Source of the DNA: Gammaproteobacteria bacterium
Lineage (GTDB): Bacteria > Pseudomonadota > Gammaproteobacteria > Eutrophobiales > Eutrophobiaceae
DNA: 64,000 nucleotides
Assembly: GCA_965222155.1 (NCBI GenBank)
Contig: CBDCTH010000012.1
Span: 2,432,001 to 2,496,000 of the forward strand
Reading direction: 5' to 3'
The notes under the pieces are model-generated. The model was not told the DNA's origin and did not search any database. It saw only the letters and a program-made list of their open reading frames with translations. Below, one piece after another: positions 10,901-18,668 of this stretch; within the stretch, counting starts at the first letter, position 1, and every line of letters begins with the position of its first letter. The position numbers and the translations under genes are program-made.

Positions 10901-12485
10901 TATCGAGTTTCTCCTTTAACACTGAAAGTCGCTGTGATGTCGACATTTCGTCACACAATACCTGGATTATGTCGTACCAGTGGTCAGCGGAGAGAGTTAC
11001 GTACTCATTAACCGCCTGGCGTTTCTTATTCCAATAGTGATCGAAAAGTTCTTTTGTGGAGGAGAACCTTAGCTCTGAAACGGGGTCAAGTTTTATATCT
11101 AGGAACAACGATAGATTCTGGGGAAGACGAAGCAATTCCAATTGTTTTGCTGTAAACGATTCGGCTTTGAAATCTCCTTTATGGAGTACCGATTTTACCT
11201 CGTCTAGAGAGAAGTCGGTAACAGAAATATGGGTGTGATCCTCGATAAGAAGACGGCGGAGGTGATGATCGTTCTCCCAATCAAACTTTCTGCAGACGAC
11301 CAATACATGAAATTTTTTTACTCTGTTACGCCAACCTCGTGCCTCTCTCAAGAGGTCGTCAATGATGTCAAAAAACTCTGAACTTCGACCGGATGTTCTA
11401 CTTATGGCATCAAGTTGGTCAATAATGAGAACAGCCTCACTCGAGGTGGCCTCAGCCGCTGTCCCCAATACAAATGCTGGGGATTCTTCAAGGCCAAGAT
11501 CCTCTCCTAATTTTTTCGTTGACGATACCGTGTCTATGCGGTCCAAGCGAAACGCAAGCACAGTAACAGGATGACTACCCTGACGTAGTGTTTCTACACA
11601 TTCGATTACACATGCCGTCTTTCCGCCTCCCGCCTTTCCAGTGACAACGCAGTCGACGCCCCCGTTTGCATTTGCTTTTATACTGGTAAGAAGTTCCTGT
11701 GTCGAAGTGCGAGAAATGAGAGAATCTTGAATCAGTTTTCGGCGTGTAATTTCAATGTAACGATCCGTCACGTCGGAAATGAGCGAAGGAGCTTCGCTTG
11801 GTTTGACAAGTTGTCGAAACTTGAAGCTCTTACTCCGAAGATATGAAATCAGCTGTTCACGGTCTATGCGTTTGTGGAGTGAATTTCTACAAGCAGCCAA
11901 TCTGTAAAGCGCATCGTATACATTATCCGGGTTGGTGAGAAACAATGCTGCCAACAAATCTCGCGCAAGATCTTTGACTGTCCTCCCATCAATGGTGCGG
12001 ACTTCGATACGCTGAAGTAACTCGTATACTGCGGCTGTGTCTGCGTTATTCCAGGAACTCTTGAGTTTTTTAAAATTATCCCTTTGAGACTGCGCGCTGA
12101 CAAACACTGATTCAAATTCATTCAAATCTTGTGCACTATTAGCGCGCTCTGCCAGTTCTCTTAACTCTGGAGCGTCACTGCCTGATACAAAAACAAATTG
12201 TGTGTTGGAGTTTGCAGAAAGCTGTCTGAAAATCGCCTGTAACAATCGGTACTTCGCGCTCCCGAGGATGGATAGACTCCACTTGCCATCTGTATGACTG
12301 CACTTTGCCTGATGTAGCTCCTGGCGGCTTCCTGCTGTTATTACAAACTCAGCTTTTTCAACCGTCAGGGCCTCAATTTGGATCCTCTCGGCCTGCCCAT
12401 CGATGATCTTTGCAAGTTGATAGACCGTCCAATCTATTTCATAGTCATTTCCAGCTTTGGTAGCCGGACCACCAGGTAGAGGCAT
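7905..12485 (-). CDS. STAND/NACHT ATPase with N-terminal PD-(D/E)xK-like nuclease and long helical-repeat C-terminus (AVAST/Avs-like anti-phage protein)
   Basis: N-terminal GNDYE...HQAK, Walker A GKAGGGKT, Walker B LIIDQLD, FGHETFFDY winged-helix region, about 900 aa of helical C-terminus. Confidence 0.75.
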   Translation of the reverse strand: MPLPGGPATKAGNDYEIDWTVYQLAKIIDGQAERIQIEALTVEKAEFVITAGSRQELHQAKCSHTDGKWSLSILGSAKYRLLQAIFRQLSANSNTQFVFVSGSDAPELRELAERANSAQDLNEFESVFVSAQSQRDNFKKLKSSWNNADTAAVYELLQRIEVRTIDGRTVKDLARDLLAALFLTNPDNVYDALYRLAACRNSLHKRIDREQLISYLRSKSFKFRQLVKPSEAPSLISDVTDRYIEITRRKLIQDSLISRTSTQELLTSIKANANGGVDCVVTGKAGGGKTACVIECVETLRQGSHPVTVLAFRLDRIDTVSSTKKLGEDLGLEESPAFVLGTAAEATSSEAVLIIDQLDAISRTSGRSSEFFDIIDDLLREARGWRNRVKKFHVLVVCRKFDWENDHHLRRLLIEDHTHISVTDFSLDEVKSVLHKGDFKAESFTAKQLELLRLPQNLSLFLDIKLDPVSELRFSSTKELFDHYWNKKRQAVNEYVTLSADHWYDIIQVLCDEMSTSQRLSVLKEKLDKFPVDYVYQMASEGVLSYDEKRYGFGHETFFDYCFARGFVAQEESLTAFLINSEQHLFRRAQVRQVLVYLRDAVRERYCTELRTLLEKDDIRYHLKALACALAVEMPDPEDKEWEVLAPWLESEIEAIKRGLPNPDKFASLVWNRFFFSQPWFQVADRNGLIACWLASENDNLVDSAVSYARIHQRHSGERVTALLEPFVDTGGNWPQRFNFIMQWADHGNSRRFFDLFLRLIDDGTLDDVRGPVAINSTFWDMLHRLGSRLEWIPEVVAHWLSRRLSIIRETRDSTGRPEWRNLLSYDEFSSDHIANSANEFPEKFVQQVLPVVLKIAVEAVFQGTKPPPRCDAVWPVLINRRHASKTEEFRESLAVALQKLAEINSNYIGNILAELRKHDTYMANFFLLQAYTAGAEHFADIAVSEFCDKKWRFNCGYSDSPYWVAIQLIKEVAPLCTDNNRRRLEEAILNYTPDYERTTRGYKLRGGASFALLSGIPIELRSRNAQSRYKELERKFGETITPPKQSEAYIVSSPIEKSAAEKMTDEQWLRAINKHALDRNFSLVNPEKGGAVELAWMLQEFVKNEPERFARLSLSFPPNTNPVYIEYTLFGLKETDGYTELKLAVCRKAYSESRYDCGKAIADLLGSIKDKLPDNAVQMLDWLATEHPDPENELSNEEVSIGKSNSGKEILTYGINTTRGRAAESIRNLILRDSSYVGRFRSTVEQLANDESVAVRACASSTLLAITNHDWEFALAQFARLTNSKGSLDNDRLLATRDVDYFIHCALHDHFGQLQSIIERMLRSKVSEINEAGARLASLAVLYNHNEAEDIVEEALQGSPSQRLGVAKVAASNIGRDDCRPWSEQKLLRFFNDSDDKVRQEAATCFCNLEEQPLESNTTLINKFCNSAAYQEDSSSILYALEKSSHRLPGITYVACEKFLERFSDEAKDISKGRAGDIPTVIKLVFRTYHQHQQDEWACKCLDLIDRTCLEGIDEIRGNLDEYER

Positions 12486-12797
12486 TGTTATGCCCTCTCT
12501 CTCGGTTCAGGATGGTAAGTGCCGATAGTGTTCACCCGCGATTCCCTAGTGAGCAACTATTGAATGAGGTCGCATCGCTGGCATTTAAAAGTTTCCTTAT
12601 GGTGTTGATCGATGGCACTCCGTTCCAATACGATGTCCAGCAGCTCAGCTTGTTAATAACAACTATTTTGTTTAATTGATATAAGAGGATGGCTTAATAC
12701 AAAGTCAGATCCCGCCAAGTCGACAGACAGACCTATGAGTGAAATCCTACCATAGTTAAGCGATCAATGGGAATTACATACGATCTTACCCAAGTGT

Positions 12798-13003
12798 CAG
12801 GGCAAACGCATACTTTTGAATTCAGACGTTTTTACCCGATTCCGTCATTCTGGCGCAAGCCAGAATCCAGTGAATAACCCTTCATTACCCTGAGCCTGCG
12901 CTGTTGTTTGACTGGATGCTGGCATTCGCCAGCATGACGGGCGGTGTTTTCCGGTTGGTTTCCTGTCTTCTGCAACAGAATCTAAAAGTATGCGGTTGCC
13001 CTG
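12798..13003. mobile_element. ISAs1-family-derived MITE (206 bp) with embedded dRS3-like doublet
   Basis: Termini CAGGGCAAACGCATACTTTT / AAAAGTATGCGGTTGCCCTG. Perfect 10-bp direct repeat ACCCAAGTGT at 12788-12797 and 13004-13013. Confidence 0.8.
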
Positions 13004-13065
13004 ACCCAAGTGTTTTAACAACTGGTTTCGTTTTTGGGTAATATGGTCAAAAAGAACGTGAGACC

Positions 13066-15993
13066 ATGACACAAGCATCGACAACAGAGCCGACATTCAA
13101 CGTCATATTGGGAGAGGCGCTTCGTGAGAAACATCCTCTTTGGACGCAACACCTCGGCGCCGAGCAGACCCGGGTCATGGAAGGGGCGCCCGGAAAACAG
13201 CCCGATATTGTTATTGCAGTTCCCAACAGTTCACCCGTTATTATTGAAACGGAATTTTTACCGGCTGTCACCGTTGAGCAGGATGCACGCTCTCGACTGT
13301 ACAAGTCCCTGGCCAGTACCGGACAGTCTGTTGAGCACACCCTTGCCGTTCGTATCCCAGCCGAGTTGAGGACCATCCCACAGGAGACAATCAAGTCCAG
13401 AATTGAAACGGTTACCTTTGACTACTGTATTTTTTCCCTGAATAGTAATTTAACCCCTGTACGGTGGCCTATAACAGGTTGGCTGAAAGGTGACATCAAT
13501 GACTTGACCACCTGTATAGAGTCAGTCACCATATCCGAATCGCTGCTAGCAACCAGTACAGACGAACTTGAACGTGGCGTTGATCAAGCTGCCAATATCC
13601 TGCAACAATCGCCGGAGCATACCAGAGAAAAAATTGCGGAAGAACTCCGCCAGGAAACAGGCGAACAGACCGCGCGTATGGCGACGGCAATCATCGCCAA
13701 CGCGATCATTTTCCACACACGAATAGAAGGACAGTAAGGGATCCCGACCCTGGCAGAACTACAGACAGAGATGGGGTTGTTGAGCCGGAACAAACTGGTT
13801 GAATGCTGGCGTTGGATTGTGATGGAGATCAATTATTGGCCGATATTCAAGATTGCCTCAGATTTGCTTTCTCTCGTACCTGCCCGCCAAGCGAACAATA
13901 TTCTGAATCGGCTCGTGGAGACTTCCGATAGACTGACAGAAATAGGCGCAACTGGCATTAACGACCTGTCGGGGCGCATGTTCCAGACTCTCATCACGGA
14001 CCGAAAGTTTTTGGCGACATTCTATACGCTTCCCGTCTCAGCGACGCTGTTGGCCGAGCTTGCCATATCCCGGTTGGATATTGATTGGGGTGACGAAACG
14101 GCGGTCAAGGCATTACGGGTCGGCGATCTCGCGTGTGGCACGGGCGCTCTTCTGAATGCCGCGTACCATTCGATTCGCGTGCGGTTTCGGCGGGCGGGTT
14201 TTGACGATGTAATCATCCATGCCAGTATGATTGAGTCCTCACTCTTTGCCTGTGACATCATGCCTGCTGCCACGCATCTCACCGCGTCGACTTTATCGAA
14301 TGCGCATCCCGGGATAGCCTTCGGGCATACGAAAATAGTGACTATGCCGTACGGCTATGATGAACAGCAGGTCCCTAAAATCGGATCACTGGAATTGATT
14401 GAGGGCAAAGAGACCCGCTCCCTGTTCAGTCTGGGTCGAGAATTGTTGATAGGACATGCAAAAGAGGAAGTTGACTCGACTATTGATATACCACATGAAT
14501 ATATGGACGTCGTGATCATGAATCCCCCTTTTACCCGTCCGACCAATCATGAAGCAACAACAGTTCCCGTCCCGTCGTTTGCTGGTTTCGACACAGGGCA
14601 TAGTGAACAAAAGGCCATGAGCGAACGACTGAAAGTCATGCGCCGTTCTGTTGCGGAACCGGCAGGGAACGGGAACGCCGGATTGGCGTCGAATTTCCTG
14701 GACCTTGCCCACGTCAAACTGAAACCGGGTGGTGTGTTGGCATTGGTATTGCCGGCAGCATTCGCACAAGGCGAGTCCTGGCGCGATGCGCGAGCACTGT
14801 TGTCCAGGCATTACCAGGATATGGTGATTGTATCCATTGCCAGTATCGGAATAACTGACCAGGCATTTTCTGCTGATACGGGGATGGCGGAGGTGCTGGT
14901 AGTCGCGACAAAAAAGCCAGATAATCCCCCAATTAAAGAGAAAAAAGACAGTGCGAACAATGTCCAATTCGCCAACCTGCGACATCGACCTGTTCATCAT
15001 GTCGCCGCGACTGAGGTGGCGAAGTCGATTGCAGCTATCCGCAGGAATACTGGCGCCGGACGCATAGCCATCGGTGATGAGGATGGTAATGGAAGTTGCA
15101 TCAATGCGGGTCGGTTGGAGGGAGGTTGCGTCGGTCTGGTAGAACCAAGTCTCGCGGAATTCATGTTCTCGCTTTCCAAAGGAGTGTTGACAGATCCAAG
15201 AACGAATGGAACGGCAAATCTGCCAATTACTACGCTAGAGACTCTCGGCAACCGAGGCTTGGTCCATAGAGATTTTATCGGAGCGCCCCCGCGTGGTCCG
15301 TTTGACAAGATCCCGTTGCAGACACCAACACCGACCTTCCCTGCATTATGGAATCATAATGCAGAGCGTGAGCGGTCGTTTATTGTAGAACCAGACTGTG
15401 AACTACGAGTACGCGCCGGGGAAGAAGAACGTGCTGCTGATATCTGGGAACGTGTTGTTTCCAGACTTCATCTGACACTGGACTTTCGGCTGAACTCCCA
15501 AAGTCTTGGCGCGTGTTTTACACCAGAAAAATCGGTCGGCGGAACAGCTTGGCCGAACTTTCTCACAGCAGATGATTCTACAGCAAAGGTGATTCTTCTC
15601 TGGTTCAATTCGACCCTGGGGTTGATGAGTTACTGGTGGAACGGTACTCGGCAACAACTGGGCCGAACTCGAGTAACAATCAGCGCCTTACCCTCGCTTA
15701 TTGCACTGGATACACAAAGATTCGATAAAGACATGGTCGAGCAAACGGACCGTTTATTCGACAAGTTCTGCGATGTAGAGTTCTTGCCCGCGAACGAAGC
15801 CTGTCAGGACAAAAACCGCATCGCTTTGGATAATGCTTTGTTTGCTCTGCTTGGGGTTTCTCCATCCGCCACAAAGGGCTTCGATTTAATTCGCCAACAA
15901 TGGTGTAACGAACCAAGTGTCCATGGTGGAAAAACCGCATCGGGACCTAGACCATCGATGTCGGATTCGAATAGGCATTACGTCAGGTCATAA
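13066..15993 (+). pseudogene. Type IIG-like fused restriction endonuclease/N6-adenine methyltransferase split by one in-frame TAA (13735-13737)
   Basis: PD-xE motif (PDIVI..IIETE) in the first ORF; motif I DLACGTG and motif IV NPPF in the second. Both ORFs are in the same frame and read EGQ*GIPTLAELQTEM. Confidence 0.8.
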
Positions 15994-15997
15994 CGCT

Positions 15998-16795
15998 ATG
16001 AGAGTTTATCGCTTTATCTGCAAAGAATAGGGCCTTAAGGCCTTACGAGAGAAACGTCTAAAAATTGCTCGGATTAATGAGTTGAACGACCCTTTCGAGT
16101 TTATGGGTGTGGATTTAACATACCTTGAATTTCGTGAAGCTATGGGAGGTCTGAAGGACTATCTTAATGAAATATGGGGTCTGCTTTGTTTCAGCAAAGG
16201 CTGGGAAAACCCGGTGCAATGGACACATTACTCTGATAAGCATAAAGGACTGTCTTTTGGATTTGATGTTCCCCACCCCGACTGGCTTCTTGCTGAAGTA
16301 AATTATGAAGACGAACGGTTATCTGTTGATAACTTATTTGCTGGGATTTATAGGTTAAGAGGTAAACTCTGTGCCGAAATGGATGACTATACCGATCAGC
16401 CAGCATCGATTGAGGAAGCTCGTGTGAAAGCGCAAGAATTTCGTAATCAAGTAGAATCTGAAGGATTTCCTGTGGATCCTGAAACAGATAATAAGGAGCG
16501 GGAGTTCATGAGAAAAATCCTGTCCACAAAATTTTCTCATTGGAGTCACGAACAGGAATATAGAATATTTTGGCCTCTGTCGGAAGCTAAAAGAATTGGT
16601 GACCTGTATTATTTTGACTTCTCGGATGAGTTGAGACTCAAGGAAGTGATAATCGGAGTCAGATCCTGCGTTACCACTAAGAATATCAAAGCTGCGCTTG
16701 GAGGAATGGCCAGCAGCGTGGATGTATTCAAAGTACGAGAAGCATACCGTGAATTTGCAATGGTAAAAGATGAGAAAGATGTTTCTCAGGTCTGA
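15998..16795 (+). pseudogene. DUF2971 family protein with in-frame TAG at codon 11
   Basis: MRVYRFICKE*GLKALREKRLKIARINELNDPFE, LLCFS, WTHYSDKHKG, KFSHWSHEQEYR. Confidence 0.75.
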
Positions 16796-16914
16796 AAGTC
16801 AATAAGCGGAACTGCTACGCTGACTTGTAAAAAATCTTTGCCACTGAATTAGAACCGGCTTGGTTGAGGGTAATTTATCAGTGGAGTGCCTCCAGAATAC
16901 TCGTAGATCCACTC

Positions 16915-17763
16915 TTAGACGAAACAATAGAGTGGCCATCTAACTACTAATGGGGAAGCCATAAACAACTCTTCAGAAATATTGGTCTCTGAGCTTACAC
17001 TTTCCGCCACCTTCTCATAAAGGCAATACAGTGATGACAGCTTAGTGTTCTCTCGAAGATAGTGATTCTTGAAAACGGTGTTCACTATAGATAAAACCTT
17101 TGGCGAACAGATGCCAACTGCTTCCATTTGCTTCCATGTCTCGATTAGGTTGTTGGTCCTAGAAATCGGGGTTCCACCCCACTTATCTATGAAATAGGTA
17201 TCCTGGTCGCGGTCGGTCGGCGCCAGCCAGTGACGATCATAGTCACTGTAATCGACATAGAGTGGAAGCTCTCTATTGAAGATCGTCTCATGAGGCATAT
17301 CTGGTTCGCCATCTCCGTAATCCGCAGGCCACCAGCGTTTGACTTGAATTTCCCAAATGTTCTTTGCTTCCGACATGGAATCGATATTCGGGTAATTCAG
17401 CATCTCCAGATAAGCATGTTTGGAGATGTGATCGTAAAAAGATCGGCAAAGACGACGTATCACAGAATCGTGTCTTTTCAAGTCAAGCATGCATGTATCC
17501 AATAAGATATACGACTTTGCGATCTCCTCGCGGGCAGTCGTTAGTATGAATCTGGCAGATGAAAGTCGCCCTCCTTCTACAAGGTACTGCGCGTCTGAGA
17601 GAAGGCGTACAGCATTTCTGCAAGTTGCAGAGATCCCCTCAGAAACAAGCTCGAAAGATTCTGCAGGCGTACAGCATTCAAACAGGTTTTCAAATAATAA
17701 GCCCGCCGGTAAAGGCTTGTTATCGTATTTACTTATCATTAAGCAATATCCTTTTGAGATCAA
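16915..17763 (-). CDS. AbiV family abortive-infection (HEPN-like) protein
   Basis: NAVRLLSDAQYL, A..I...AREEIAK, H.SK, R...LYVDY. Confidence 0.75.
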   Translation of the reverse strand: MISKGYCLMISKYDNKPLPAGLLFENLFECCTPAESFELVSEGISATCRNAVRLLSDAQYLVEGGRLSSARFILTTAREEIAKSYILLDTCMLDLKRHDSVIRRLCRSFYDHISKHAYLEMLNYPNIDSMSEAKNIWEIQVKRWWPADYGDGEPDMPHETIFNRELPLYVDYSDYDRHWLAPTDRDQDTYFIDKWGGTPISRTNNLIETWKQMEAVGICSPKVLSIVNTVFKNHYLRENTKLSSLYCLYEKVAESVSSETNISEELFMASPLVVRWPLYCFV

Positions 17764-17805
17764 AATTATTATTTTTAGGCAGAAATGTAGCTCTAAAAAG
17801 TTGCC

Positions 17806-18177
17806 TTATACCAGCGCCAGACCGGAACTTTCAAACCGGTGAAAGTCTGGAGTATTCGCTGTCGCGATGGATGCATCATCGGCGAGAGCTGTCGCTGCGA
17901 TCATGCAATCGATCAAGGATCCGCGACGCCTTCCCGCCTCATTGAATAAACGGGCGGCAATTGCAGCGTGTTCCGGTGTAAAGTCTTGCTGCTGTCCAAC
18001 GATCCTGGTAGCTAAGGATATCTCAAAGGGGGAGATTGGGCCGCACAGGAACTCTGTCCAGGCAATTGTGCTAATTCTCAATGTTTGGCCCTCTGCTATC
18101 CAAGCTCTTAGTTTTAGATCTTCAGGCGAGCCTAGTTCCAGCGCCCGAATCAGAAAGCTCGTGTCCAGATGGATCAT
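17806..18177 (-). CDS. vapC: VapC PIN-domain toxin
   Basis: HLDTSFLI, WTEFLCG, DCMIAATA, TAN..DF. Confidence 0.88.
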   Translation of the reverse strand: MIHLDTSFLIRALELGSPEDLKLRAWIAEGQTLRISTIAWTEFLCGPISPFEISLATRIVGQQQDFTPEHAAIAARLFNEAGRRRGSLIDCMIAATALADDASIATANTPDFHRFESSGLALV

Positions 18178-18551
18178 TTAGGCGCAGGAGACAGCTGTCG
18201 GTCAGATGTCTGGCGCTCGGCCATCAGGTCTTGCTCCCAAAGCGCAGTGTCGATTTTACGTTCGCGCAGGGAAGTCTGTAATTGGTTGAGCGCATTGAGC
18301 GCGGTGTCGCTACCCGACCCCGCTTCCGCCGCCACAACCCGAACAGCGTATGGTAATGACTCGGGTTCAGATACGTTTCGGATGGCTTCAATCCCGACGG
18401 GTCTTGCTTGCTCTCGAATTTGTCTCTCGCGGATAAGATCGCGAACGACTTCGCTCTCATTGCCGTAATGTCCGGTTTTGATTTGTGCTTTGATCCAACC
18501 GTCTTGCTGCTCTGTCAACGATATACTTTTTTTGACCATCGGCATATTCAA
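18174..18551 (-). CDS. Chimeric antitoxin: ParD-type RHH N-terminus fused to a VapB-like C-terminus
   Basis: MVKKSISLT..QDGWIKAQIKTGHYGNESEVVRDLIR is ParD-like. It overlaps the vapC start by 4 nt. Confidence 0.65.
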   Translation of the reverse strand: MNMPMVKKSISLTEQQDGWIKAQIKTGHYGNESEVVRDLIRERQIREQARPVGIEAIRNVSEPESLPYAVRVVAAEAGSGSDTALNALNQLQTSLRERKIDTALWEQDLMAERQTSDRQLSPAPK

Positions 18552-18668
18552 TCTCCTGAATAGTAGTGATATATCCTGATTAGTAGGATAATATACTCTC
18601 GCGCTGACTTACAAGCTTTTTGATTGATATGCATACAGGAAGTATGTGACTTCTGGTGTAAATATGTT

